Of a stretch of DNA of 64,000 nucleotides, positions 27,861-42,099 are shown one piece after another (position 1 is the first letter of the stretch; each line of letters starts with the position of its first letter). The DNA is from Octopus vulgaris (lineage: Eukaryota). Under the pieces are notes generated by a model. That model had not been told where the DNA came from and ran no database searches. It worked only from the letters and a program-made list of their open reading frames with translations. Made by a program: the position numbers and the translations under genes. The stretch lies in the NCBI GenBank assembly GCA_951406725.2, contig OX597830.1, forward strand, positions 31,682,001 to 31,746,000, given 5' to 3'.

Positions 27861-28168
27861 GCTATGATAGGTGTAGCAAGTGTACCCATGTGTGTCCTTG
27901 ATGACTCATTGTGCATTCAGCCAGCCATTTTTGAATGTATGCATAACTGGAAAACAATGTAATAGTACGTAAAAATCGTGTAGCAAAAACCCTTTCAGAG
28001 AGAAAAAACTTGAAGGTTGCTTGTTTATATCTACAGGATACCATGGGTTCACATACCATGGGGAGCTTACAATGTTTTCTGTCCAAAAGCGTCTTTCAAC
28101 ACAATATTTACATGATATTATTTATATCTTTATGTGCTTCAAGATCCACTGTTCCAAAACAGAATAAC

Positions 28169-28252
<84 letters not shown>

Positions 28253-28571
28253 GTTCCCCCCCCCCCCTGACTGAGGTTACCGTGGTCTTTTCTGTAGGCT
28301 TTTCTTCCCACGGATGAACCTTATCTTGTTTCTTACTGTGAAAAAAATTTGTTTCTGTGATACACAATCCCGTTTGATTGCTTTTTTTCTTTTCTTTTTT
28401 TTCCTTTTTTTCCGATCCCTTTTGATCGGAATTCTACATTTGTTTCCTTTTTTTCTTTTTCCATCTCCAAAAAGAAAAGCTCTACATTTGTATTTGTCCC
28501 CTCTTTATTTTAGCCCTGTGTGGCCAATAAAGAAAGTTATCTATCTGTATATATATAATATACTTAATATT

Positions 28572-28925
28572 TATGTTGCTGCAGTGGAGTCTATGCTGTT
28601 GTACGGGTCCAAGACTTGGACACTGGCCAAGAAATTCACTCAGATGGTGGATGGGTGCTACACACATGCTGAAAATGGCTCTGAACATTAATCATTATAC
28701 ACTGAGGATGCAGAACTCTGAGCTTTACAAGAGCCTCCCAAAAGTTAGCTCAAAAATAACACAGAGGTGACTGTGGTTTGCTGGACATGTTCACCATCAT
28801 TCAGAGTTGATACTACACTCAATACTGCTGTGGGAGCCCCTACTCAGACACACTAGAAGTCAGAGACATGGATGAGACACAGGGCATGGCAGTGATGAGG
28901 GACAAAGGCTGCTGGAAAGAACTTG
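28572..28925 (+). mobile_element. RTE/RTE-X LINE 3' fragment
   Basis: AAVESMLLYGSKTWTL...DGCYT / MLKMALNI...LYKSLPKVSSKITQR*LWFAGH...LLWEP. Confidence 0.8.
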
Positions 28926-28989
28926 ACCATGGATTTCAAGAATTTTACTTGTCCTAGAATGGAATAGAATATTTACAAATGTATATATT

Positions 28990-29072
28990 TTTTCTTTCAT
29001 ATTTTTACTTATTTCTATCATCAAACTGCAGCCATGCTGGAGCACCACCTTCAAGAACCTATTTATATTCAT

Positions 29073-29111
<39 letters not shown>

Positions 29112-29741
29112 TAAGTCTGGTACTTACGCCATCTTTTTCTTTTGCCGAACCTCTAAGTTACCAGTCATGTAAGCACACCAACACCAGTTGCCAAGCAGTG
29201 GTCAGGGCAAATGCAGACACAATGATACACATGCACACACACACACACACTTACCCACACACACAGACACGGACACACAGACACACACACACATCTTTAA
29301 ATTTTTTATATTCGTTTTTTTTAATCTTTTACTTATTTCAGTCATTTGACTGTGGCCATGCTGGGGCACTGCCATGAAGAACTTTTAGTCAAATGAATGG
29401 TCTCTGGTACTTTTTAAAAAAAATTTTTATATACCTTGTATTTATTTTATCAGTCTCTCTTGCCAAACCGCTAAGCCACAAGAACATAAATACATACACA
29501 TATCTGTATGTGTTCTTTTTTACTTTTTTACTTGTTTTGGTCATTTCACTTTGGCCATGCTAGAGCAGCACCTTTAGTTGAAAAAATTGACCCCAGGACT
29601 TATTCTTTGTAAGCCTAGTACTTATTCTATCCATCTCTTTTTGCCAAACTGCTAAGTTACATGTACATAAATTCACCAACACTGGTTGTCAAGAAATGGT
29701 GGGGGACAAACACAGACACACAACTACACACATACACACAC

Positions 29742-29791
<50 letters not shown>

Positions 29792-29804
29792 ATATGTATA
29801 TATA

Positions 29805-29837
<33 letters not shown>

Positions 29838-29998
29838 GACGGGCTTCTTTCAGTTTCCATCTACCAAATCCACTCATAAGGCTTTGGTCAGCCCGAGGCT
29901 ATAATAGAAGACACTTGCCCAAGGTGCCATGTAGTGGGACTGATCCCGGAACCATGTGGTTGGGAAGCAAGCTTCTGACCACACAGCCACTCCCGCAC
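28990..29998 (-). mobile_element. Cluster of family B SINEs (two 3' fragments plus a full copy at 29520-29998)
   Basis: Three GCCATGCT(A/G)G(A/G)GCA tails; full head ending CACACAGCCACTCC. Confidence 0.85.
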
Positions 29999-30590
29999 CT
30001 ACATGTATTTATACATTCACATCAACCATCTAAGCTTATCTTTCTATATATTTTATCTTTCTGTCTATCAGTCTGTCTGTCTGTTTGTCTACGTGCATCT
30101 CGGCAGATGCAGAGGAAACACTTAACACTGCTAGGATCGTGCGATATCGATGCTGAGGATATAACAAGGCTACACCTCATAGCGACGACGAAGACGACGA
30201 CGATGACGACGACGATGATGACGATGATGATGATGATGATGTTGGTAACGAATAAAAACCCTACAAGCTATCATTCTTAAACGGTGTCTCCAGAGCTGCA
30301 AGAAATTTCGCGTGATTTGTGGCACATTTCCATCGTCGGCGTACGATATGTATGCTTGTCGACGTTGTTGTGTCTGTACAGACGGATGTACGTATGTGTG
30401 CACGTCTACATACGCATGCGTATCCCTCTTTCCCTTACTCTATGCCCCGATGTCTATGTATTTGCGTCTATATGTACATGTGTATGCCATAATGTGTGTG
30501 AAAGTGCGTGTGCATATGCATGTGGGCACATTTCTCCCATACTTTCATGTGTATGTTTTTGTGTCCCTATGCATTGTAGACATCTTTCTG

Positions 30591-30645
<55 letters not shown>

Positions 30646-30776
30646 ATTAATGTTTCTGTGGGCATCTGTATGTGTGTATGTATATGTATGTGTCTGTCTA
30701 TATATATATATTGCTTATACGTATCACTTTCTCCATGTGTGAGTGTATGTAAATGTGTATGCGTGAGTTTGCATGT

Positions 30777-30834
<58 letters not shown>

Positions 30835-31104
30835 AAGAGAGAGGAAAAGAAAATGTGTACATGTTTGTGTGTGTATGTGTCTGTGTTTTTATGTGTGCAC
30901 GCACATGCAAGCGTTTGTACATGTGTGTGTGTGTCTATGTTGAATAGATAAAAGATTGCAGACCAGTGTCCAGTGGCTGCTGGTTGGCTGGTCTGTCAGC
31001 TGGTTGCTTGGCTGGTTGGTGGAGTAGGTGGTGCTGGTGGTGGTGGTAGTGGTGGGGAGATGCTGGTAGGTCTTCAGTGCCAACTGGGAGACAAGAGTGG
31101 TGGT

Positions 31105-31141
<37 letters not shown>

Positions 31142-31287
31142 AGTGAGAGGGAGCTAGCCGAAAGTGGTGGAGTGGAGGGTTATGGCTATCTGGAAAGCAA
31201 CTATGGAAAGCAGATAACCTACACACATAGGCATATACATACATACGTACATATATAATGTGTGTGTATATATATATATATATTTCT

Positions 31288-31457
<170 letters not shown>

Positions 31458-31619
31458 TATGTATGTATGTATGTATGTATATATGTGTATGTGTGTATGC
31501 ATTTGTTATCTTGCTTGGCTCTTGCTTTTTCCAATTTTCTTGCCATGCTTCTTGCATTGCCTCGCATGGCTATGTCTGTCCGTCTGTCCGTCTGTCCATC
31601 TGTCCGTCTGCCTGTCTCA

Positions 31620-32560
31620 GCTCCTCCAGTCTCTCTCTCTCTCTCTCTCTCTCTTCTTGTCTCTCATTGTTTCGTATTGTCTTCTGTTGCAATCAACACA
31701 TTCCAGCTGTCCTTTCTGATCCCCCCACCACACCCCCACCCCCTCCATCCCCACACTCTCCTCACTCCCACCGCCACCCCCTAACCCCCCTGCCACTCAT
31801 CCTATCCCTCTCCTGTTTTCCTTTTTGCCATTTCCTCTTCTGCCTCTCCTTTCTCTTCTGCCTGCTCATTCTTCTTCTTCTTCTTCTTCTTCTTCTTCTT
31901 CTTCTTCTTCTTCTTCTTCTTCTCCTTCTCCTTCTCCTCCTCCTCCTCTTCCTTCTTCTTCTTCTTCTTCTTCTTCTTCTTCTTCTTCTTCTTCTTCTTC
32001 TTCTACATCTTTTCCATTACCTTGTGTTCATTTCCCTCAATTCCTCTTCCCCACCTCTCTCTTCATTATCTAATGCTTTCTCTCTCTCTTTCACTCTCTC
32101 TTTCTCTCTCTCACTTTCTCCTTCTCTCTCTCCTCCTCTCTTCTCTCTCTTCCTCTCTATCTCAATTCGTTATCTATCACCTCTTCTTTTCTCTCTCTCC
32201 TTCTCTCTCGACCTCCCTCTCAGTTCATTATCTATCACCTTCCTTTTCTCTCTCTCTCTCTTTTCCCCTTCTCTCTCTTCCTCTCTCTCACTTCATTATC
32301 TATCTCCTCTCCTTTTTCTCTCTCTCTCTCACCTTCTCCTTTTCTCTCACCCTCTCTCTCAGTCCATTATCTATCACCTTGTTTCCTTCTCTCTCCCTCC
32401 CTCTCTCTCTCTCATTGCTTTCCTTCTCTCTGTCTATATCTTCCTATTCATTCTTCTCTGTTTCTTGGGTGTTTTTACCTTTTATTTGTTTATTTTTCTT
32501 CATTTATCTTTATCTTTTTATTTATTGTTATCTTTATTATTTTTTCCCTTCCTTTCAGTT
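31620..32560. repeat. Polypyrimidine tract: (CTT)n, (CT)n and recurring TTATCTATC(A/T)CCT units
   Basis: Directly visible. Confidence 0.9.
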
Positions 32561-33807
32561 CCTTAAGAAATACAGAAGAATGTGTGGCCCTTCCAGTGAT
32601 GATGATGATGTTGATGATGATGATGATGGTGGTGGTGATGATGATGGTGATGGTGGTGGTGGTGATGGTGATGATGATGGTGATGGTGGTGATGGTGGTG
32701 GTGGTGCTGCTGTTGCTGCTGCTCACAGTGATGCTAGCAGTGGTAATGTTGTTGTTAATTAACCCCAGGTCAATGCTAGTAAGAACTATGATCAATACCA
32801 TTCCATCCATGGCAATCCTTTTTGAAGTATATTTATAACTACATTATCCAATGTCATTTCCTTGGCAATGGTAATCGTTACGACAGTGGTGCTTGAGGTG
32901 GTGGTGGTGGTGGGTTGGTGGTACTGGATTTTGTTGCTGTTGTTGTTTAACACTGAGTCAGCCTTCAGCCTTAATAAAAAAAAAAACCCTCTGATCATAA
33001 ACTTTCCAGCCATGCCCATCATGTCTTTTTTATATCTATCACTATCTAATCCCAAAGAGATCTTACCTTTTGTTTTGATATATGTTCGAGTATAATTTGA
33101 GGGAGAGATTTAGCTTCTGTTTTTGTAACAGACCAAACAACCAGCCCTGATGTGCTCCCCCCCACTCCCTGTTGATATTATTATGCTGTGTGGTGGCATT
33201 AATGCTGATGTGAAGTGGCATGATCAATAACAGTGATGAGTGTTATGGAAAGCAGATAATAATGGGGTGGATAATAGTGGTGGTGGTGGTGAGGGTGGTG
33301 GTGATGATGATGGTGGCGGTGGTAGTGGTGGTTGTCGTGATGGTAGTTGTGGTGATGGCTGTAATAATATTGACGATGACAGTGAGAGTGATGACAATTA
33401 TTATTATGGTATCAGCTCTGGATTAAAGAACATTGCAAGCAGTCTAAAGCCTGTTCACAACCATCGTCATCATCAACCTAGACCATTAACATAGACCTTC
33501 TTTTTCAAACTGATTCAAAGCAGAATGGACAACCCTAATCACTTCAGATTATCTCCTTAGACCACCACCTTCAGATTAAGATAGACTATGTAAAAATCAT
33601 CATCTTCATTGTCTTTGACTATTTCCTTAGACCATAGATCATATAGACTAACTCTTTAGACCAAAACAACCCAAGACCACAAATTTAGATGCTTTGTATA
33701 TCACCTTTGAATTTGTTAAATCAGGTTTATATTAGTTTAGACTATTTTTGATCATCTCAGACATCAGACCATCATAAGTCACCTTAGTGGTAGGGGGGCA
33801 TGTAGGG

Positions 33808-34665
33808 GGCTAGGTAGCAGAATCATTAGTACATTGGGTAAACTGCTTAGTGGCATTTTGTCTCTCTTAATTGTTCTGAGTTCAAATGCTGCTGAGGTTG
33901 GCTTTGCCTTATATTATTTCGAGATTGATAAAATTGAATAGTTGAATACTGGGGTTGATGTAATTGGCTTTTTCCCTCCCCTGAAATTGCTGGCGTTGGG
34001 CAAAAAATTGAAATCAGTATTTACCAAAGTAATTAGAGTAGGCTGGCAGAATCATTAAGCATGTGGAGCAAAATGCATAGTGGTATTTTGTCAGTATTTA
34101 TGTTCTGAGTTCAAATTCCACCGAGGTCTTCTTTGCCCTTCATCCTTTTGGGATCGATAGAATTGAATAATTGAGTACTAGGGTTGATTTAATCGACTTT
34201 CTCCCTCCACCGAAATTGCTGGCCTTGTGTCAAAATTTGAAACGAATATTTATTGAAATAAACTGGGCAAGCTGGCTAAATTGTCAGCACATGGAGCACA
34301 TTTTGTTAGCATTTACATTCTGAGTTCAAATTCCACTTGAGGTTTTCTTTGCCCTTCATCCTTTCAACATTGATGAAATAAGTACCAGTTACGCACTGGG
34401 ATTGATGTAATCAACTTATCCCTTCCTCGAAATTGCTGGCCTTGTGTTAAAATTTGAAACCAACATTTAATAAAGTATGGGTGGTGCCCGGGAAGAATCA
34501 TTACCGCATCGCAGCATTGCTTCCGACGCTAGGGTCTGCATTCAACTTTGCATTTCGTCATTTCGGTGCCAATGAAATAAAGACCAGCTGAACACTAGGG
34601 TCAATGTAATTGACTTACCCCACTCCCCGACAGCTGCTGGCCATGTGCCAAAATTTGGAACCAAG
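33808..34665 (+). mobile_element. Head-to-tail array of four decayed family A SINE variants
   Basis: Units start at ~33810, 34038, 34265 and 34485; three retain TTCTGAGTTCAAAT and all end in TGCTGGC...AAAA(A/T)TTG(A/G)AA. Confidence 0.8.
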
Positions 34666-34794
34666 ATGATGATGATGGGGAGGAGGAGGAGGAGGAGGAG
34701 GGTGATGATGATGATGGTGGGGATGATGATGATGATGATATTGATGACGATGATGACGGAGATGATGATGACGATGACGACGACGGCAATGACA

Positions 34795-34833
<39 letters not shown>

Positions 34834-34990
34834 GTGATGACTATGATGATGATGATGATGACTATGATGATGATGATGACGACAATAACGACAATGATGA
34901 TGATAATGATATTAATGATGATGATGATGATGATGATGACAATGACAAAGATGATGGTGATCTTGATGATGATGATGATGATGATGATGT
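34665..34990. repeat. (GAT)n tract
   Basis: Directly visible. Confidence 0.95.
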
Positions 34991-35288
34991 GCATAGATAT
35001 TATGAGCACACTTCGTTTAGTAGGAATTTGAATACACGCACACAAAAGAAAAGCCACATGTGATAAAATAAATGAAGTAAAGCTTATTTATCTTATCTGC
35101 AAACTCACCTGCGTAAGTCGTTACCTCCTTTAATTATTTGTCTTTGATTCTTAACACAATTACATTCTCTAAATTACATTTTAGCCTATATCACTGTGAC
35201 CACTGTTATTCCACGTTAACATCATGCCAACAACACAAGATCTCTGCTGACCAATTCTCTATATCTCTGTTTCTCTCTCTCTCTCAGT

Positions 35289-35370
<82 letters not shown>

Positions 35371-35503
35371 CTATATCGATATATATATATATATAGTGTT
35401 TGCTTTTATGTGGTAATAAAAACAATTTTACTTTAAATTGAAGGCTTACTCAAAACATTTTGCAGCGTATAAATACATTATTCTTTAAGAAAGCAGCATT
35501 TTA

Positions 35504-35543
35504 CATTGACTTCGAAGTTTTGACCATGTAAGCCATCATTGGA

Positions 35544-35546
<3 letters not shown>
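35504..35546 (-). ncRNA. Decayed hammerhead motif (family of 45735)
   Basis: CAGT-CCAATGA-TGGC..GGTC-AAAAC-TTCGAA-GTC-AATG. Confidence 0.45.
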
Positions 35547-35602
<56 letters not shown>

Positions 35603-35605
<3 letters not shown>

Positions 35606-35842
35606 CGGTGGCATGTAAAAAGCACCATCCGTACGTGGTTGATGCCAGCACCACCTTGACTGGCATCCATGCCGGTGGCACGTAAAAAGCACACACTACA
35701 CTCATGGAGTGGTTGGCATTATGAAGGGCATCCAGCTGTAGTAACACTGCCAGATCAGACTGGAGCCCGGTGCAGCCTCCTGGCTTCCCAGACCCCGGTC
35801 AAACCGTCCAACCCATGCTAGCATGGAAAACGGCCGTTAAAC

Positions 35843-35885
<43 letters not shown>
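35603..35885 (+). mobile_element. Retroposon family E with (GAT)n tail
   Basis: TGCCGGTGGCACGTAAAAAGCAC (duplicated)...GAAGGGCATCCAGCTGTAG...GTTAAACGATGATG. Confidence 0.85.
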
Positions 35886-36082
35886 TGTGTGTGTGTATAA
35901 TCCACTCTGTAAAGTAGTTGGTCGTTATGAAGTGCATCCAGCCATAAAAATATACCAAAGCAGGTGGTTGGATATTGGCAAAATCCTCTGGCTTACCACC
36001 TCCTGTCAAATATATATACACACATATATATATATGAGTGTGTTTATATATATATATATATATATATATCATCATCATCATA

Positions 36083-36319
36083 TACAGGATTGACCAAAAG
36101 TCACTTGACAGTAAATCAAAACCATTTAATTTAAAGATTTATTTATGTTTAACAACTGAATGAATTTAATAAAAGTATCTAAAAATGAAACATCATGAAA
36201 ATTCTCCAAACTGAAATCCTTCTTGAGCGACACATTTTTCCATTCAAGTCGATACTAAATTACAAATAGTATTTATGGAATTTTGATTTACTGTCGGGTG
36301 ACTTTTGGCCAACTCTGTA
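36083..36319. mobile_element. Tc1/mariner-type MITE
   Basis: TIRs TACAGGATTGACCAAAAGTCACTTGACAGTAAATCAAAA / TTTTGATTTACTGTCGGGTGACTTTTGGCCAACTCTGTA, TA-flanked. Confidence 0.85.
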
Positions 36320-36322
36320 TGT

Positions 36323-36355
<33 letters not shown>

Positions 36356-36359
36356 TATA

Positions 36360-36454
<95 letters not shown>

Positions 36455-36611
36455 GTAAATATGCAAATATATATAAATATATATGCATATATATATTTAT
36501 ACATATACATATCTATATATATATATATATATAAATATACATATATATACATATATTTATGTTTACATGCATATGTATAAAAATATATATATATATGTAT
36601 ATATATGTATA

Positions 36612-36657
<46 letters not shown>

Positions 36658-36744
36658 TACATATATATGAATATGCATGTATATATATATATATAAATAC
36701 ACACACATATACATGTGTATGATGATGATGTATATATATGTATG

Positions 36745-36799
<55 letters not shown>

Positions 36800-37501
36800 T
36801 AAAAAGATAAAGAGATAAAGACATGCATGAGTATATCCGAAAGCACAGTACTCAGCAATTGGCCTTGCAGAAGCTCATTAAAAATCGGTTTAGTAAGATG
36901 TGACCAGTGGCTCATCTCTTTTGGTTTGTTAGTTAGTCGATCTGCCTTTGCAGTGAATCGCTGCGAAGAACAGCACCGAAAAGACGGCGCTAAGACGGCG
37001 GTGTAGGTGAAATTGCATGTCTGCCAGTAAACCCTCGGTTGAGTTTCCACGGCAAGATAAAAGCTGGCTGAACAGAGTCATTCATGGACACTCACTAGCC
37101 ACCAACACTACCACCAGCATCACCACCACCACCACCACCCCATCCACCATCATCACTCCCCACCCCCCACCGCCCACCTCTCGATAGATGCCGCTGTAGG
37201 TGTGATTAATTCATTATTCATAGCCATGCTGTAAAACCTGTAAATTGAGGTAGATTCGCATTTGCATACTTGCGCCATGCATCGATACACCAAAATCCAC
37301 CACCACCAACACCACCACCACCATCTACTTTTTACCACCATCACCACCACCACCACCACCGCCAGCATTTTAACAACTGTAACCAACAGCTCTATTACCA
37401 TCATTTATATGTAGTTACCATCGCTCCCATAACCATCATCACCACTACCACCAACACCACTAGAGGTTATGTAGAAAAGAGGAAATCTGTGAGGTGGAAA
37501 T

Positions 37502-37572
<71 letters not shown>

Positions 37573-37641
37573 TCATATATATATATATATACATGCATAT
37601 ATATATACATGCATATATACATACATGCATATATATATATA

Positions 37642-37711
<70 letters not shown>

Positions 37712-37886
37712 AAGTGAACTTGGCTGTCTTGGCAGAAAATATCTCCATATTGAAATCTCATTCTCTGTTTCTACCCATTCTGTTTGTCTGTCAATATCTC
37801 CCTGTCTTTCTCTTTCTTCCTCTCTTTCTCTCTCTCTCTCTCTCTGCTGTCCCTACTTCTATACATATACACAAATACAAACATTC

Positions 37887-37940
<54 letters not shown>

Positions 37941-38074
37941 CACCTGTACTCTTTTATTCTTTCTTTTTATCTTTGTCTTTCACCTTCTGTCTGTCTTTCT
38001 TCTGTCCCTTTCTCTATCTCTCTCTCCCTCTCTATGTCGCTTTTTCTCTTTCTTTCGATTTGTGTATCTATCTT

Positions 38075-38120
<46 letters not shown>

Positions 38121-39068
38121 CATTCAACTTTATTCCTCCTCTCCTTATTTCTCTTCAACTTACTCTCTTAATAATTTCTTCTCCTTTACCACCACCCCTC
38201 CTTTATCTCTACCCTTCCTATTTTCTCTTTTATAATTTTTCTTTTTCTTTTCCCATTCAAAAATTCTTACATTTGCTCAGTCTCATCTTGCTTTCTTTCT
38301 TTCTTTCTTTCTTTCTTCTTTCTTCTTCCTCTCTCTTTCTCTTTCTTGCTCTTTCTGTGTTTCTTCTGCTTTTTCTTCACTCCTACATTTCTTATGCATA
38401 TCTGTTTATCCTCTTTCGTTCCCTTTTTTCTTCCCTCATTCTAACCACTACAGCACCGTCTCTCTCTCCTTCTCCCCTTTGCTCCTCTTCCTCACTGTCT
38501 CTCTCCCATCTTCTCATTCTTAACTATGCTCACCGTCCAATCCTTCTGTCTCTTCTTTCCCTCTTTCTCTTCCAATACCTGTCTCACAAAGTCCTTTTCC
38601 TCTTATTGACATTTCTACACTTCTAAACATCCCACAGTACTCCCCACGACCCCACGACCCCACGCCTTACCAATACCTATACCATCACAACCACTGCTCA
38701 ACAAATGACATTATGCATCCTATAGCTTCAATATTAGTCTGACATGTCCAACCAGAATCATCCATCATATTCAATTCTATAAATTGTTTTTTACTCATTT
38801 TATTTAATATATATAATTTCAAACATAACTTATTTAACAAAACTAAAATATACAATAAATACTAGCTTATGTTCTCCCTTTCTTTCTCTTCATTCCTCGA
38901 TCTTTTATTGCAATTGTGACACCATAGGTAACTTTGAAAAGCAAAAATAAAAATTATCCTGCCTTTTACTGTCGGTAAATATATCTCAACACATGCTATC
39001 ATTTTGTTTTTAAAGACACACTATATCTATTTACATAGATACAAATATTTCATGTATGTATGGATGTG

Positions 39069-39914
39069 TACAAGGTTTGATCAATATGTATCCGGACTGT
39101 TACCATAGTAATGAATCTAAAGCAAGCAGAGTAAAGCTGCTTAGCAGAGATTGACTTTGAACTCTGCTATGCATGTACACTAAGTTTTAACATTCTAGCT
39201 TACTTCCACTGTTTATAGCAGTATTTGGAAGGAAGGTGTGTACCGTGTGATCACCGCGTTGACCACGACAAGGAAAGTTGTTATGGTGATACCGGCTCAG
39301 AGGCCTACACAAAGTTGCAGAAAGTGTATGGAGAGGAGTGTATGAACTGCACACAAGTGTATGGGTAGTTCAGACGTTTCCAAGATGTGTAAGAAAATAT
39401 TGATGTTGACAAACATTCTGGGAGACCCGTAACCAGCAGACTGAGAAAAACATTCTAAATGTGCATATGACTGTGAGGGAAAATTGTCGAATCCCCATCC
39501 GTGAGTTACCAGATGATGTGCAGATTAGTTATGGTGGGCTACAGTTCAGTCCATTATCACTGAAGATTTGGGTATATGAGACACGTGTCTGCCAAGTTTG
39601 TATCCAAAATTGTTTCCAGCTGACCAAGAAGACACTCGGGTTTCAGTTGCACAAGATCTCTTTGCTTGTGTCGAGAATAATGAAAACTTTTTGAAAAATT
39701 TGCATAGGCCTCTGAGCAGGTATCACCAAGCTTTTGGTAAAATTTGCTGCAGATTCTCTGCTCAACTTTCTGGCATGGTCACTGTGACGATCACACACTA
39801 CACACGTAATTTCCAAGCACTGCTGGAAACAGCAAAAGCGAGCTAGAATGTTAAAACTTAGTGTGCATACACAGCAGTGTTTAGGGTCAATCTGTGCCAA
39901 ACGGGATTACTATG
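39069..39914. mobile_element. Mariner derivative made of two inverted 5' ends
   Basis: Left: TIR TACAAGGTTTGATCAATATGTATCCGGACTG and HTH remnant EAYTKLQKVYGEECM..QVYG*FRRFQD...SGRP. Right (39695-39914) is the reverse complement of ~39104-39312. Confidence 0.8.
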
Positions 39915-39953
39915 CATGCATCAACTTTGTTAATATGAAGGAAGAAAACAAAG

Positions 39954-39997
39954 GACCACTGATGCGGTCACAGGAGTGTGACGAAAGAACTCTGGCC
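39954..39997 (+). ncRNA. Minimal hammerhead motif with CUC cleavage triplet
   Basis: CCA-CTGATGC-G-GTCACA-GGAG-TGTGAC-GAAAG-AA-CTC-TGG; one core change (A9C). Confidence 0.6.
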
Positions 39998-40174
39998 GAA
40001 ATAAGACTAAGATTAAAGTAAAAAATAAATAATACTGAAGCAAAATAACACCAAATATATAGTGCGTGTGTTTTTATTGGCTAAACTGGCAAAATGACCA
40101 TTCCAAAATATAACAATATCTGTTTCAACACACGACTTCACATAAAAAATCTTGCACAACAAGTATATATACAT

Positions 40175-40214
<40 letters not shown>

Positions 40215-40218
<4 letters not shown>

Positions 40219-40710
40219 TCTTTTACTCATTTACTTGTTTCAGTCATTTGACTGTGGCCATGCTGGAAGACCTTCTTTAGTCGAGCAAATTGACCCTGGG
40301 ACTTATTCTTTGTAAGCCTAGTACTTATTCTATCAGTCTCTTTTGCCGAACCGCTAAGTTACGAGGATGTAAACACACCAGCATCGGTTGTCAAGCGATG
40401 TTGGGGGGACAAACACAGACACACAAACATATACACACACGTACATATATATATACGACGGGGTTCTTTCAGTTTCCGTCTACCACATCCACTCATAAGG
40501 CTTTGGTCAGCCTGAGGCTATAGTAGAAGACACTTGCCCAAGGTGCCACACATTGGGACTGAACCTGGAAACATGTGGTTGGTAAGCAAGCTACTTACCA
40601 CACAGCCACTCCTAATGATGGGCTTCATTCAGGTTCCATCTAGCAAGTTCACTCACAAGGCTTTAGCCAGCCTGAGGCTACATTAGGAGACACTTGCCCA
40701 AGGTATGCAT
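40215..40710 (-). mobile_element. SINE family B full copy (to 40612) plus an adjacent fragment
   Basis: Reverse complement of 50734-51135. Confidence 0.9.
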
Positions 40711-41179
40711 ACTGGCATCCACCATTCTTGCTAGGAAGGCGGGGGCTGTGAACTGACTACCTGTCTACAGGTGAGAAATTTTCTGTGTGACAAAATACAG
40801 TGAATGGCTATGGCAACCATCTTTGAACTGGTGACAAGTTTGTATAGATATGTGTATATATACATGTATAGACATATACATTTGACCACAAGTTCTTCAA
40901 AATGGTTACCCAGCATAGCTGCTGTCTAATGCCTGAAACGATAAAAGGTGTATGCTTTTATGCATGTATGTATGTATTTACAGTTGTTCCTCACAGATAC
41001 TCAATATTATGGGCATTATAGTACAATCATAGTGAAAGTACTTTTGGCCACTTTACAGTGGCTTTTTTTGAGATGGTGGAATCCTGGTCACAGGAGTAAC
41101 AAAGCTTCTTTCAACTGGAACCTTTGTCATTGTAACTGATGGAGTACCATGCTTATTTGTCCATATACGTATATATAAG

Positions 41180-41216
<37 letters not shown>

Positions 41217-41224
41217 ATTCAGCT

Positions 41225-41945
41225 GTGGGTGGCCATGAGTTCAATTCTTGGTGGCACATTGTCTTCTTGAGCAAGAGACTTTATTTCATGCTGCTCCTGT
41301 TTCACTCAGCTGGCAAAAATAAATTCATCATCATCATCATCATCATCATTTAACATCCGTTGTCCATGCTGGCATGGGTTGGACAGTTCGACCAGGGCTG
41401 GCAAGCTGGAACGCTGCACCAGACACCAAACTGATTTGGCATGGTTTTCTATGGCTGGATGCCCTTCCTAATGCCAACCACTCTGAGAATGTAATGGGTG
41501 CTTTTACGTGCCACCAGCATAGGTGCCAGTTGCGTGACACCTGTGTCTTCCACTACTGCAATTTTACTTGGATCGATGGGCTTTCTTCTCAAGCATGACA
41601 TAATGCCAAAGGTCTGAGTCATAGCCTCCGTGAGGCCCACCACTCAAGAAGAACTCGAAAGGAACTCAGCCACTTTGCCTCCGTGAAGCTCAATGCTCAA
41701 AAGAAACTCAAGCAATTTGCCTCTGTGAGGCTCAATGCTCCAAAGGAACTTGCCCACTTTTGTACCTATAATCCAAAAGGGCCAACCTTGCCACATTCTT
41801 TGTCAGGCTGAATATCCCTGAGAACTACGTTAAGGGTACACGTGTCTGTGGAGTGCTCAGCCACTTGCACATTAATTTCATGAGCCGACTGTACCATTGA
41901 TTGGATCAACTGGAACCCTTGTCGTCGTAACTGACAGAGTGCCAG
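41225..41945 (+). mobile_element. 18139-type SINE split by a family E insertion (41326-41760, minus)
   Basis: Head ends CACTCAGCTGGCAAAAAT; tail resumes GTACCTATAATCCAAAAGGGCCAACC. The insert has a (CAT)n end and three ~40-bp internal repeats. Confidence 0.8.
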
Positions 41946-42054
41946 AATCTTTCACTTTGAAAACATCTTGGACTTCTGAAATTTGCCAGTGCGGATTAGT
42001 AATGATATCTTTGGCTTCAACTGTCTCCACCACCACCACCACCACCACCATCAC

Positions 42055-42055
42055 T

Positions 42056-42099
<44 letters not shown>

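Noticed and set aside
33808-34665. CRISPR-like array
   Set aside because: The units are ~225-bp SINE copies without unique spacers; eukaryotic context and no cas genes.
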